A DNA stretch of 64,000 bases, taken from contig NC_043001.1 in the NCBI RefSeq assembly GCF_006345805.1, positions 109,740,001-109,804,000 on the forward strand, given 5' to 3'. This stretch comes from Octopus sinensis (taxonomy: Eukaryota). The notes beneath the pieces were generated by a model, which had not been told where the DNA came from, ran no database searches, and worked only from the letters and a program-made list of their open reading frames with translations. Shown here one piece after another: positions 26,411 to 39,950 of this stretch. The translations under genes were made by a program, and so were the position numbers. Numbering within the stretch: position 1 is the first letter of the stretch; the number at the start of each line of letters is the position of its first letter.

Positions 26411-27074
26411 CCAATGAGTAATACTAACCGCATATACATCAGTCGAGCAGTGGTAATAATATTAAATGTTCCAAATAACCTTTATATTTATTTATCCTCC
26501 CAATTCATAATATCAGTTCTTCAGTGTTATCAAGTGTTATAATTGCCACAACTGCAAACACTTGGAAAGGTGAAAGTGACAATTGCATTAATAAATTCCG
26601 TAATATATCAATTAAATATACAAATTTACTCATTTCGTTTAATTTGCTATTTCTTTGAACGTTTAAATCGTTATTTCAGGAAATTTAAACTATTTATTGT
26701 ATCTAATTAATAAAGAGAATTCTATAATATCTGGTACTCTGAAAATGAAACCTAGATATTGACAATATATGCTTAAATTTGACACTAAATGTACAGGAAT
26801 AATTGTGTGCTAGTGAAATTAATTATATGACTGATTATATTTATCATACGTCATCTTTATATTTCCGCTACAATTTACGTACTGTTAATTAATTATGAAC
26901 TGTTACGATTAAATATTAATGCAAAAGAGTTTTAACACATCATAAAGACATTAGGCATACATATACGTATGAACACAATGAAAGTTTGGAAGCGTCGAAT
27001 GTGGTCGGCGTTCTGCAGAAAAGAAAGTAAATTACAAACGCAGTAAAGCTGTTAGTAAAGCAGAAGACGAAACA

Positions 27075-27150
27075 AAAATGCCATCAGGCGGCTACGGGAC
27101 TCGAATCTTTACCCCTCAAGTACGGGCTGGGCGCTCTAACCATTAAGGTA
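27075..27150 (-). pseudogene. tRNA-like fragment or SINE head
   Basis: Minus strand taatggttagagcgcc (A-box-like) ..gattcgagtccc (B-box-like). No convincing acceptor stem. Confidence 0.4.
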
Positions 27151-27309
27151 AATCGTTCCCGATTGCAATTACCCTCAGTTTTAATGTTAAATTGTATCTT
27201 TGGAAAGCAATATTTTATAAAGAAATTTCGGAGAGTCGAATGTGGTTGGTATTTTGTAGGCAAGAAATTAAATTTCGAATGCAGTAAAGCTGAAAATACA
27301 ACTGAGAAA

Positions 27310-27700
27310 CAATGGGTATTTACAAATTACATCGACCCGGCACTCAACTGGTACTTATTTTATCGACCCCGGAAGGTTAAAAAGCAAAGTCGACCTTGGC
27401 AGAATTTGAACACGGAATGTAAAGACGGACGAAATGCCGCTAAACATTTTGTCCGATATGCTAACGATTCTGCCTTAGAAAATATTCTTTACTATTCTAG
27501 ACACAAGGATCGAAATATTTGGAGAGGGCGCCAGTCGATTAGATCGACTCCAGTTTGTAACTGGTATTTAATTTATCGACCCTGAAAGGATGAAAGGCAA
27601 AGTCGACCTCGGCGAAATTTGAACTCAGAACGTAAAGACAGACGAAATGCCGCTAAGCAATTCGTCCAGCGTGCTAACGATTCTGCCAGCTCATTGCCTT
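27310..27700 (-). mobile_element. Two adjacent degenerate SINE family A copies
   Basis: Repeated aaggcaaagtcgacctcggc..tttgaactcagaacgt on the plus strand. Confidence 0.8.
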
Positions 27701-28009
27701 AGAAAACATTACAATATTAACGTTTCTTTTCATGAGCTTAGATATGAAACAGATCAACAATGAATTGAAATATCGGCAAGGCTTCCTTTCCTACCCCGCC
27801 AAAAAAACAATTGGGAGGCGAAGGAGTAAGGTGTGTGGTGGGGGCAAAAAATTTCAAAATTCCAATTATTGGTAATTTTCCGGAATCTCCGTATCCGAAA
27901 ATGTAGGTTTTTTTGGCCCAAAATATTTAACAAAAACAATAATTTGCGCGAAAATGGAGGGTGGACGGGCGGAAATCTTTCCGAGATATCTCTACACACA
28001 TTACATGGT

Positions 28010-28395
28010 GGAAGTATTCCGTCGGTTACGACGACGAGGGTTCCGGCTGATCCGAATCAACGGAACAGCCTGCTCGTGAAATTAACATGTAAGTGGCTGA
28101 GCACTCCACAGAAACGTATACCCTTAACGTAGTTCTCGGGGATATTCAGCGTGACACGGAGAGTGACAAGGCCGGCCCTTTGAAATACAGGTACAACAGA
28201 AAGAGGAAGTAAGAGTGAGAGAAAGTTGTGGTGAAAGAGTACAGCAGGCATCACCACCATCCATGCCGGAGCCTCGTGGAGCTTTTAGGTGTTTTTCGCT
28301 CAATAAACACTCACAACGCCCGGTCTGGGAATCGAAACCGCGATCCTACGACCGCGAGTCCACTGCCCCTAACCACTGGGCCATTGCGCCTCCAC
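28010..28395 (-). mobile_element. SINE family C (tRNA-Arg-like head) with TSD
   Basis: Minus head gtggaggcgcaatggcccagtggttag..gactcgcggtc..ggtttcgattcc. Direct repeat (cac)attacatggt at 27997-28009 and 28393-28405. Confidence 0.85.
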
Positions 28396-28499
28396 ATTAC
28401 ATGGTAATACATCATTATTAATTTCTACAATGGAAAGTTTGAACGCGACTACCATGTTTCGGTTTACACACACAAATACAGTTAACTAATTTATTACTG

Positions 28500-28909
28500 T
28501 TTCTTTACCCTTTACTCTTTTATACTTGTTCCAGCCATTTGTCTGCGGCCATGCTGGAGCACCGCTTTTAGCCGAGCAAATCGACCCCAGGACTTATTGT
28601 TTGTAAGCCTAGTACTTATTCTATGGGTCTCAATTGCCGAACCACTAAGTTACGGGAATGTGAACACACCACCATCAGTTGTCAAGCGATGTTGCGGGTA
28701 AAAACACAGATACACAGAACAAACACACACACATATATATACATATATATGATGGGCTTCTTTCAGTTTCCGTCTACCAAATCCACTCAAAAGGCTTTGG
28801 TCCAACCGAGGCTATAGTAGAAGACACTTACCCATGTGCCACGCAGTGGGACTGAACCCAGAACCATGTGGTTGGTAAGCAAGCTACTTACCACACAGCC
28901 ACTCCTGCG
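28500..28909 (-). mobile_element. SINE family B, full length
   Basis: Same architecture as the 9058 copy. Confidence 0.9.
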
Positions 28910-29346
28910 CCTTTCAATATACAAGACCCAGAATTTTGTGTGCCTATCGATCAAAGATGTTGCCTTTTGTCGTTGATATCTAATCGTATTTGGAAAACTA
29001 ATGAGAACACCTTTTTTGTGGATATACTGTTTTCGATTTTGTGTAATGAAATAGGACTGCATTGGAGATTATTTTGTTTTCTTTTTTTAGTAAGATATTA
29101 CGTTGTTGAAGGATTAACAATGATAATAACATATTTATGATAAGTCACCATTTGTAATAAATGAATGTTATATCGTTTATTAGATTATAACATAAACTAC
29201 GTTCGGCAGATATAACGATTTTGTCATAGGAATTTCTGCCTGAATAGGAGTGATATTTTACACTAATTACTCACGAGAGTACTTTAACTTACATCATAAG
29301 ATGGGTTACAATTACTGTCTGTATATGTGTGAGCATGTCTGACTTC

Positions 29347-29391
<45 letters not shown>

Positions 29392-29856
29392 GTGTGTGTG
29401 TGTGTGTGTGTGCGTGCGTGCGTGTGCGTGTATGTACCTTATGCAATCAACGATGTTTTGCGATTATATGCAATTACTTCCTAAATACTAATTCGGTTAT
29501 ATATTTCTTACGACATCAGAAATCATTTCTCACATTAATGAACTGACACAACTGCTCATGAAGAGGGGGAATAACCGACTGGTCTAAACTAGTCCATGAT
29601 TTATTGAGAAACTTGGTAATAGCGACTCTGTCAAGGTATAGCATAACGTAATAACGTAGGAGGGATAACCTATTACGATGTCATCTAATATTTAGTGCCT
29701 TCCATACAAACTTTGAAATGGTTTAAAATCCACTCCACGTTGGACTGTCGTGACCTAAGCATAAACAAAGAGAGAATTTGTAAATAGTCGTACTGGATAA
29801 ATGAAAAAGCCATCCACATAAAGTTTGTTAGAGCGGAACTGCAGCCATGATGAATA

Positions 29857-30276
29857 CCTATTTCTTTACTACCCACAAAGGGGTAAACACAGAGGGAACA
29901 AACAAGGACAGACAAACGGATTAAGTCGATTATATCGACCCCAGTGCGTAGTTGGTACTTATTTAATCGACCCCAAAAGGATGAAAGGCAAAGTCGACCT
30001 CGGCGGAATCTGAACTCAGAACGTAGCGGCAGACGAAATACGTATTTCTTTACTACCCACAAGGGGCTAAACACAGAGGGGGAAAATAAGGACAGACAAA
30101 CGGATTAAGTCGATTATATCGAGCCCAGTGCGTAGTTGGTACTTATTTAATCGACCCCGAAAGGATGAAAGGCAAAGTCGACCTCGGCGGAATTTGAACT
30201 CAAATTGTAACGGCAGACGAAATACAGCTACGCATTTCGCCCGGTGTGCTAACGTTTCTGCCACCTCGCCGCCTTA
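29857..30276 (-). mobile_element. SINE family A dimer
   Basis: Two central domains. Imperfect TSD agccatgatgaatacc / agccataaggaatacc. Confidence 0.9.
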
Positions 30277-30360
30277 GCCATAAGGAATACCGTTATTATT
30301 ATTTTTTTTCGGTGGCGGCTTCGTGCCTGCAATATATAACGGTTTGGCATAATGCGGCGA

Positions 30361-30680
30361 TCTGGCAGAAACGTTAGCACGCCGGGCGAAATGCTTAGCG
30401 GTATTTCGTCTGCGTTACGTTGTGAGTTCAAATTTTGCCGAGGTCGACTTTGCCTTTCATCCTTTCGGGGTCGATAAATTAAGTACCAATTACGCACTGG
30501 GGTCGATGTAATCGATTTAATACATATGTCTGTCCTTGTTTGTCCCCTCTACGTTTAGTACCTTGTGGGTAATAAAGAAATAGGTATTTCGTCTGCCATT
30601 AACGTTGTGAGTTGAAATTTTGCCGAGGTCGACTTTGCCTTTCATCCTTTCAGGGTCAATAAATTTAAGCACCAGTTACA
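30361..30680 (+). mobile_element. SINE family A, head-to-head with the previous copy
   Basis: ctggcagaaacgttagcacgccgggcgaaatgc.. about 85 bp from the head of the minus-strand copy. Confidence 0.9.
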
Positions 30681-31052
30681 AAATGCTCTCTTCCTTTACT
30701 TCTTTTGTTTATTTTTCTACTTTTGTATCACAATGCTTCAAGTAATCTGTAACACTCTCCTTTATCTTTTTGGTGACACCATCACAATATACGGTTTTTC
30801 GAGAGAAGGCGAAATAATTCGATTTTGGAAAAGTGGGTGTCAATACACATGATTTGGTAAAGAATGGTTTCAAATTTTGGCAGAATGCTAAACATTTGGA
30901 GGAGGGGATAATCGATTATATCGATCTCATTCTCCAACTGATATTTATTTTATCGAGCCCAAAATGTCGAAAGGCGTAGTGCCCCTGCGCCGAATTTAAA
31001 TTCAGAAAGTGAAGACTGATGCAATTCCACATGCCTGGCGTTTTAAAGATTC

Positions 31053-31616
31053 TTTTCTACTCTAGGCACAAAGCTTGAAATTTTGGGGGAGGGGGCCAGT
31101 CGATTATATCGACCCCAGTATTCAACTGGTAATTAAATTTATTGATCCTGAAAGGATGAAAGGCAAAGTCCACCTCGGCGGAATTTGAACTCAGAACGTA
31201 ACTACAGACGAAATACCTATTTCTTTACTACCCACAAGGGGCTAAACACAAAGGGGACAAACAAGGACAGACAAACGGACTAACTCGATTATATCGACCC
31301 CAGTGCATAACTGGTACTTAATTTATCGACCCCGAAAGGATGAAAGGCAAAGTCGACCTTGGCGGAATTTGAACTCAGAACGTAACGGCAGACGAAATAT
31401 CGCTAAGCATTTCGTCTGGCTGCTAATGTTTCCGCCAGCTCGCCGCCTTTGGGAGACTATATAACGCCAAGATGATTTGAAATACGCCACGATTTCATCA
31501 AAGCTGAGCATAAGGAAAATTCGATGTCCCTCTCAAAACTCAGAACGTAACGGCAGACGAAATATCGCTAAGCATTTCGCCCGGCGTGGTAACGTTTCTG
31601 CTAGTTCGCCGCCTTA
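31053..31616 (-). mobile_element. Chimeric SINE family A copy: extra head, 93-bp captured flank, then dimer
   Basis: 31448-31540 is the reverse complement of 6914-7006 (92/93 identical). A second SINE head lies at 31536-31616. Confidence 0.9.
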
Positions 31617-32084
31617 TTAATGAAATTAATAAGAATTTGTAAATATTGAGTTGAAAAATGTTTTGAGATAGAATAATTTCAAAGATGTCCGTGCTATTCA
31701 AACCCACATCCCTCGAAGTCATTACAGGTTTACTTCCGTGGAACAAAGTCTTTCAAATTTCTCTTTCCATTTTAGAAACTTTACACTTATTATACAAATT
31801 TGTATGTTGTTGGCATAATAGCAGTTTACAAACTTTCTGTCATGTCTACGAGTTATGCCATGGCTAGTCCCACGGGTAGTGTTCAACCCTTTCTACCCAG
31901 AATTGTTTTTCAACCTAGTGTCTTCTGGATTCAACGTTCGAAATAAGACTTGTTTATGCATTTGAAGCATTTTTCTGACAGCAGTCAACGATGAAAATCT
32001 GGAGAAAAAGTATGTAGTCAACTGTATATATATATATGAAGAACCAAAATCCAGGAAACACACACACACACACACACTCTTAAG

Positions 32085-32640
32085 GAATACTGGTGGAATG
32101 TCCCAGTGAAACCTCAATAAAATGTAAGCACAATTATCTGACAAAATGATTTGGGATAGAGGAGAGAAACTGTGTACAGTTCTGGAAATTAGTTGCCCAG
32201 CGAATGTTAATATAAAGCTGAAGATCAATGAAAAAGAGAATACCTACGCTGAAGTAGTGAGAAATCTGAATTTATTCTATCCAGATTACAATTTCAGGTT
32301 TATACCTGTAATTATTGGGGTACAGGGATATGTAACACACTGCCTAAATACAAATCTTGAGAAGTTCAACTTCTCAAAGCCAGAAACAAAAAAGCTGATT
32401 CGACGACTATAGATACAAGCCATCACAGGAACAGTGAGAATCTGTAAAACTTTTCGGAAGTTTATCATTTAAATATATATGAGCATGTCTAGACATGTAA
32501 ACATATGCATGGGAATACATAAATAAAACAGAACATACAAATCTGCACATATACATAGATATATACATACGAAAATAGCCTGTTTTTGATGTGGAAATTC
32601 CAGTGAAGGAGCCTTGGATCTAGATTAGGAACCGGTTCTT
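32085..32640 (+). mobile_element. 3' fragment of an RLE-type (R4-like) LINE
   Basis: EYWWNVPVK..MIWDRGEKLCTVLEISCPANVNI..KENTY..FRFIPVIIGVQGYV..QAITGTVRICKTF*, the PD-(D/E)xK nuclease region. A presumed 3' UTR follows, then a microsatellite. Confidence 0.8.
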
Positions 32641-32689
32641 TCTCTGTTGGTAAGAAATATAGAAATAAAACGGAATGACATACATTCAT

Positions 32690-32724
32690 ACACAGAAACA
32701 TACATATATACATATATATATATG

Positions 32725-32759
<35 letters not shown>

Positions 32760-32874
32760 ATGTGTGTGTGAGTGTGTGTGTGTATATATGTATATGTATA
32801 TATATATATGTGTGTATATATATATATATGTATGTATATGCATATATATGTACGTATTTATATCTGTATATGTA

Positions 32875-32923
<49 letters not shown>

Positions 32924-32936
32924 ATGTGTATATATG

Positions 32937-33000
<64 letters not shown>

Positions 33001-33025
33001 CGTATGTATGTATGTATGTATATAT
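32690..33025. repeat. Compound (TA)n/(TG)n/(TATG)n microsatellite
   Basis: Direct sequence. Confidence 0.95.
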
Positions 33026-33686
33026 TTTAAGTATAGAAGTTCTTTTCCTTTTCCCGTCCATTCGACTACTTTCTCTTAATATCTTTTTGACTTGTAATCC
33101 AAGTGATTGTCATTTTTAAAAAATTCTTTTCCTTAAGTGAAATCATACTACATTCGATAGACCATGGGTAAATATGAGTTTCTTCACTTCAAATCGGATT
33201 GCAACGAAATGCAAAGAATCCTTATATGCATTATATGCTTTTCGGATTCTATCACACTTCTTTTTTTAGTTATGTTGAAAGGAGTGGTGGTTGTGCGATA
33301 TCACGTTGTTATACTTAGCTTTACAGATGCATGTGCCGTGAGATGTTATAAATTGTACAACACAACTAATATGTTGTCTATGTAATAGCTATGCGTCTGT
33401 TTACTTGTGTTTGTTCTCTTACCTAGAAGTTCCGATACAAACCTGTACTTGTGGACGTTTCTATACGTCATCTATACGTCATCACACATTCTTGAAATTT
33501 TTACAAGCGCTTGACCGAAATGTTTGTATCAATATAATATCTTCGCTGTTAGGTTGTTACACTCTATGCAAACAAAAATGTCATATCGCTAGTTTGTAGT
33601 GTCGTTTGATAGATAACGTAACGACATCAATCGATGTTGCTAAAAATATCAACCAAATCTTCGTTCACTAACAACATTTCACTGAC

Positions 33687-34199
33687 TACCGTAAATCCGC
33701 ATTTTCCCAAAATTTTAAAGGTCAAAATCCTTAGTGCGTTCTATATACGAGGTTAAAAATTAAAAAAAATATTTTCTAAGCAACGTTCGAGTCTCTATTT
33801 GCTGTCCGACAATGGTTATTCAGACGCATTTTGTGATGTCGGGCGCGAAAATACCTTAAGCTAAGCCTGAAAGAAATGAAGTCATAAAAGAATCATCCAT
33901 AACTTGCAGTAAGCAACATTTATTAAACGTTATTACTGTTATTACTGTTATTTCTTTACTTTCTGCAAACAAAATGCACAAAAAAGCTACACGTTTGCAT
34001 TATGGTATATCTACAATAATAATAAAGGACGTTACCGTATACATTTTTACAAACTAACGACGTTATATAGACTTCCTTGACTCAAGTTAGAGAAGGGGTG
34101 CGTATTATACACAAGGTTTAGGTTTTTCAGGGGTACAGCCCCCCAAAAATCCCCTGCGTATTATACTCAAGGGCGGACTATACTCGAGGATTTACGGTA
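33687..34199. mobile_element. pogo/Tigger-like MITE
   Basis: TA-ccgtaaatcc ... ggatttacgg-TA termini, with subterminal cgtattatac repeats. Confidence 0.75.
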
Positions 34200-34431
34200 A
34201 TTCGATAACGAGTTAGGCACCTAACTTTTGGAAACAGATGACATGAAACCGATTAGATTAAGGTTCTTCATAATTTGTTCCATTGTGACCATAATTTTTG
34301 CATACAAACATTTCAGACGGCGTTGTCACAACTGGAAAATTCCCATTGAACGTTTACTCAATTTGGGTACGACTGTTAGAAACACAAAAATATAAATATC
34401 TTCCTAAGGATATTCTCAGCCTCTGATGGTT

Positions 34432-34961
34432 TTGGGTTGTCTGGAAAGTTCGTGCCGATTTTTAAAGGAAAGAAAAAGGTCAATAAATACTTGCCATTAT
34501 ATTATTAATCAGCCAAATATGAACCATTATGTTGCACAATGCGTCTCTATCTTTCCTTTAACTTGAAAATACCCTCTTCCCAGAGTTGAGGGTTTTCATG
34601 GCAAAGAATTCATCAAGGTATCTTTTTACGTCATCCAAGGAATTGAAATTTTTACCATTAAGACTATTCTGCAGAATAAGTGGAAATCCGAAGGAGCAAT
34701 ATCTGGTGGATATGGAGGGTGGGGAAACACATCCCAGCCAGCTGCAGCAATATTTGTCTGGTTCCCAAAGCATCAAGTGCCGAAAATGAATTTTCTTATC
34801 TTCCATTTTAAAGGGTTACAAAATGAACACAGGTTATAGGAACAAAAACTTTGCTCTAAATGGAGGTGTAGTCAAATCCTATTTTATGGACTCAGCCATG
34901 TTCTAAAATAAATCGAAAGGTAACCTACTATAAATTGGCACGAACTTGCCAGACAACTCAA
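34432..34961 (-). mobile_element. Non-autonomous mariner with 30-bp TIRs
   Basis: ttgggttgtctggaaagttcgtgccgattt / aaattggcacgaacttgccagacaactcaa. MEDKKIHFRHLML is fused to HPPYPPDIAPSDFHLF..LQNSLNGKNFNSLDDVKRYLDEFF. Confidence 0.9.
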
Positions 34962-35299
34962 TATTTTAAACTATTAACTATTATAATCACGACCACCTCA
35001 AACAAGAGTTTTTTTTCCCCTATGCACCCACGTCTTGCAGGTTCTTTTTATTTTAGCTTATTTTTTATTTTTGTGTAACCTATGGCACTCCAGATATTTA
35101 GAACTTTCAATGAAACAAAGTCACGATAATTCAATATAGAAATAGATTTTTAGAAAGCAAAAAATTCTCGATGCCGTAATTAGTATTTCGTTATCTCACT
35201 GTGGATTATATGTTCTGCTCTATGATAACGAAGAGGATGATTTAGGCGTTTTATTTAACATTTGCAAGAAAATAGAAATATTCTCTTTTTTTCTTTCTT

Positions 35300-35516
35300 T
35301 TATTTGTTACAGTCATTTGACTGCGGCCATGCTAGAGCCTCGCCTTTAGTCGAACAAATAGACCCCAGAGCTTATTCTAATAAGGTGATGAGCTGTTCAT
35401 GCCAGACAACATAGACCCCAGTACTTATTCTATTCGTTTCTTTTGCCGAATCGCTAAGTTACGCGGTTGTAGACACACCAGCATCTGTTGTCAAGCGATG
35501 TTTGGGGGACAAACAC

Positions 35517-35583
<67 letters not shown>

Positions 35584-35753
35584 TAATATACGACGGGCGT
35601 CTTTTAGTTTCCGTCTACCAAATCCATTCACAAGGCTTTGGTCGGCCCAAGGCTATAGTAGAAGATATTTGCCCAAGGTGTCACGCAGTGGGTGGGACTG
35701 AAGCCATGACCATGTGGTTGGTAATCAACCTACTTACCTCACAGCCACTCCTG
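35300..35753 (-). mobile_element. SINE family B, full length
   Basis: Same architecture as the 9058 copy. Confidence 0.9.
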
Positions 35754-35959
35754 CACCCATTCAATATGATTAGATATTCTTTCTGTTGCTTTATCTTTTT
35801 ATCTAGTTAGCAAGTTTCCTGATGTGAATTCCTGTGTGGAAACAAACCTTGTGTCTTGGAAGGGTTATTACACCAATACAAATAACACTAGCCCAGGTTC
35901 AATATCACCTCTTCCTTATTAGTCAGTTGTTTAAATATCTATCGAATTAACTAAATTTT

Positions 35960-36070
35960 GTGGGAGGGAGCCAGTCGATTAGATTGACCCCAGTAGACAC
36001 CTGTTACTTAATTTATCGACTCCGTAAGGATGAAAGGCAAATCGACCTCGGCGGAATTTGAACTCAGAAG
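35960..36070 (-). mobile_element. SINE family A fragment
   Basis: ggatgaaaggcaaatcgacctcggcggaatttgaactcag. Confidence 0.8.
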
Positions 36071-36369
36071 ACAAAAGATTACATCCGCTACAGGGAGACC
36101 ATAAAATAAAAAGGTTTTGTATAGAAAAGAGAAAGAGTAACGTATAAACATTTATTGAATGAAATGAATTCACCGTAATTTTAGAAATAGTAAAACGAAT
36201 TTGGTGATGGCCCACATACGTTATATTTAAGAAGATCGCGATACATCCATGTCGGAAGGCGTTTCCTGAAACGTGTATACCCCGGTTGGACTGACCTAAA
36301 AATAAGCAATAATATAAACAACGGCAACTTTACAGAATATTTCGTAGCATCAAATCGTCACGATTTAAA

Positions 36370-36530
36370 CGTGGCTCTTCAAATCCTCGAACTTGAGATC
36401 ATGGATTTAAATCCTGGATGGGAAGGTGTTGTGTTCTTGGACAAAACGTCTCATCTCACGTCGTTCTGTGAATCACTTCGACATCTGACGTGCGATAGAC
36501 TGTGTAACCTTTTCAGGCAACGCCAGCTTG
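36370..36530 (+). mobile_element. Degenerate SINE family C-like copy
   Basis: gttgtgttcttggacaaaacgtctcatctcacg resembles the 4435-4676 body. Confidence 0.45.
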
Positions 36531-37769
36531 ATGGAACGAATGAACTAATGGACAGTACAAATAGTTGATCGCTAAAAACAGATCATTTATGCAGGTTGAC
36601 CTGCAAGGAACTGTAGAACCATCTTCCTCAGACTGCGAGAGACTACGATCCTCATCTCTTGGTAATCAAAATAAGAGCGATATTCTGCGGCCAAGTCATT
36701 AACTGGATAATCTCTTCAATAGATAATTTACCTCGTATACAAAGAACGAAACAAATAAAACAGCAACCAATACTGTCCGTTTTATTTCCTGCGCTGTTAT
36801 TTATATCTGGCTTATATCTTTGCTTTCATGCATTTATGTTTGTCTTCATACTATATCTTTATATATTTATATAAAGTTTTGTTTCGGTGGACATTTGTGA
36901 AAGCTTTTATTTTTTTTGTCGCATCATATATGATAAATTTGCTATTTTGATTTTTCTGTTAATGTTTTACTATATACAGGCTAGTTGCTTTGTTACCTGG
37001 CTTTTTATGACTTAATGTCAGCTTTTCCTGTTGTCACTTGAGTTGCTATCGACAATAGCTGGTATCCACGATTATTAATTTATGTTACATTGATATTACT
37101 ATACGTATGCCGTTTATTACATTAACTTTTCTCTGTCTCTTTGTAAAAGCTAGTTTTGTTATGATGTTCAAAGCTTAAGAGGTATTATCTGCATGTATTA
37201 GATTGGTTGTTTTTTTAATTTGCAATATATTTTCATACTTTACATTAAAGATAGATTAGTATAGCAACAGACTTGAGGTTCTAGGTTTTGTTACCTGAAT
37301 TTCTTTGTTCTGCTATAGTTCTCTCTAAATAGGGGCTTCCCAGTCATGTTATCCAATCATCTTTACAACCACGCTGTCTTGTAGCATGCTCAGGGTGTCA
37401 TGCTCTTTGACATCCTGCCTGTCAAAGTATTCTTTCTGCTTCATTTCTGCATGTATATTCTGTGTACAACCTGTCATGACGCGTGGGGTGCTATGTCGTG
37501 TTCATTGAAATCTGAGGCGTGCAGTAGAATTGTTGGGTGTACCTGTCATAATCGTGGGTTATGACAAAGTCCGACACTTCATGGCTGTCATCATCCATGA
37601 TTAAAATGGCTTATGTACTCAATACTATTGTTGTTTAATAATCTTGTTCAAATGTGGTATCTGTGATTGGTACAGTTTTGATTTTGGTTTCTTTCTCTGC
37701 TTTTCTTATGCACTAACTATACAAATCCTGGCCCAAGACCGTACCAAGTGGCGGTATTTCATCAACATA

Positions 37770-38371
37770 AGGCGATGAGCTGGCAGAAACGTTAGCGCGC
37801 CGGGCGAAATGCGTAGCCGTATTTAGTCTGCCGTTGCGTTCTGGGTTCAAATTCCGCCGAGGTCGACTTTGCCTTTCATCCTTTCGGGGTCGATAAATTA
37901 AGTACCAGTTACGCACTGGGGTCGATGTAATCGACTTAATCCGTTTGTCTGTCCTTGTTTGTCCCCTCTATGTTTAGCCCCTTGTGGGTAGTAAAGAAAT
38001 ATATTAGCTGACGGACGGGGCCGTTGGTATCGCTTTCATTTAATCATTTTTTCGTTTAACAATTCATTTTCATAAAGTTTAATTATAATGTTATATGTCC
38101 CCATGTTTCTTGGTGTCCCTTTCTGTGTCGTCCCTAGTGGGTAATAAAGAAATAAGAAACGTTAGCGCGCCGGACGAACTGCTTAGCGGTATTGCGTCTA
38201 CCGCTACGTTCTACGTTCAAATTCCGCCGAGGTCGACTTTGCCTTTCATCCTTTCGTGGTCGATTAAATAAGTACCAGTTGCGCACTGGGGTCGATGTAA
38301 TCGACTTGATCCGTGTGTCTCTCCTTGTTTGTCCCCTCTGTGTTTGGCCCCTTGTGGGTAGTAAAGAAATA
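37770..38371 (+). mobile_element. Composite SINE family A (unit, about 150-bp insert, unit) inside one direct repeat
   Basis: ggtatttcatcaacata at 37753-37769 and 38372-38388. Confidence 0.85.
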
Positions 38372-39014
38372 GGTATTTCATCAACATAGGAATTAAACAT
38401 CTTCGAAGCCACCTGATATGTCACTTTTCCTCTGTCTTTTCATTTAAATCCTGAAAAAATATATATGTGTGTGTGTGTTGTGTGTTTATGTAGGTAGCGT
38501 GTTTGTGTGTGTTCGTATGACTCTGTGTGTGTGCGTGCGCGCGCGCGTGTGTGCATGTATGTAGTATATTGCTATTATCAGATCAGTGTAAGAATGTCGA
38601 TTCTTCATATCAGTTTTGCTTCATATCAATTTTTGCTGATTTATCGTGTTTTCCTAAGCAACACTTTTTATAGAAATAAATTACTATTAACGCACATAGC
38701 GTTATTATCTGAGTCTCTATCTAATTAAAATTACTAATTAAAAAGTAACTACACTAGCTTTTATAAATCCTACAGCGCTTGTAGATGTGTTTTTCTGTGC
38801 AGCGCATCATATCAACTCAGGTGAAGTAGCTGAATGCTTAATCAATGATACTCAGTTTTTAAAATTTTCTTTTATATATTCATGTTTAATAGAAGTAAGT
38901 AGTCCAATGGAAATTTGAGTGTAATTGCTAAGATATGAACTAACCGCATAAGGGAAAATTGCTTGATTCTGGCATGCAATGGATAGCAACCTTAGCTGTT
39001 TCAGGCGACCTTGA

Positions 39015-39950
39015 ACCGGGCGAAATGTCTAGCGGTATTTCGTCTGCCGTTACGTTCTGAGTTCAAATTCTGCCGAGGTACACATTGCCTTTCATCCTTT
39101 CGGGGTAGATAAACTAAGTACCAGTTACGCACTGGGGTCGATGTAATCGACTTAATCCGTTTGTCTGTCCTTGTTTGTCCCCTCTGTGTTTAGCACCTTG
39201 TGGGAAGTAAAAAATAGGTATTTCATCTGCCGCCACGTTCTGAGTTCAAATTCCGCCGAGGTCGACTTTGTCTTTCATCCTTTCGGGGTCGATTATGTAA
39301 GTACCAGTTATGCACTGGGGTCGATATAATCGACTTAATCCGTTTGTCTGTCCTTGTTTGTCCCCTCTGTGTTTAGCACCTTGTGGGAAGTAAAAAATAG
39401 GTATTTCATCTGCCGCCACGTTCTGAGTTCAAATTCCGCCGAGGTCGACTTTGTCTTTCATCCTTTCGGGGTCGATTATGTAAGTACCAGTTATGCACTG
39501 GGGTCGATATAATCGACTTAATCCGTTTGTCTGTCCTTGTTTGTTCCCTCTGTGTTTAGCACCTTGTGGGAAGTAAAAAATAGGTATTTCATCTGCCGCC
39601 ACGTTCTGAGTTCAAATTCCGCCGAGGTCGACTTTGTCTTTCATCCTTTCGGGGTCGATTATGTAAGTACCAGTTATGCACTGGGGTCGATATAATCGAC
39701 TTAATCCGTTTGTCTGTCCTTGTTTGTTCCCTCTGTGTTTAGCACCTTGTGGGAAGTAAAAAATAGGTATTTCATCTGCCGCCACGTTCTGAGTTCAAAT
39801 TCCGCCGAGGTCGACTTTGTCTTTCATCCTTTCGGGGTCGATTATGTAAGTACCAGTTATGCACTGGGGTCGATATAATCGACTTAATCCGTTTGTCTGT
39901 CCTTGTTTGTCCCCTCTGTGTTTAGCTCCTTGTGGGTAGTAAAGAAATAG
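39015..39950 (+). repeat. Tandem array of five 183-bp SINE-A subunits
   Basis: Units start at 39035, 39218, 39401, 39584 and 39767. The last four are nearly identical. Confidence 0.95.

Noticed and set aside
36659-36874. Hydrophobic ORF as a membrane-protein exon
   Set aside because: Hydrophobicity follows from T-rich composition. No splice or homology support.
37250-37600. LTR-retrotransposon integrase C-terminal remnant (MKQKEYFDRQDVK..)
   Set aside because: Only one short motif-like match; the rest does not align convincingly by eye.
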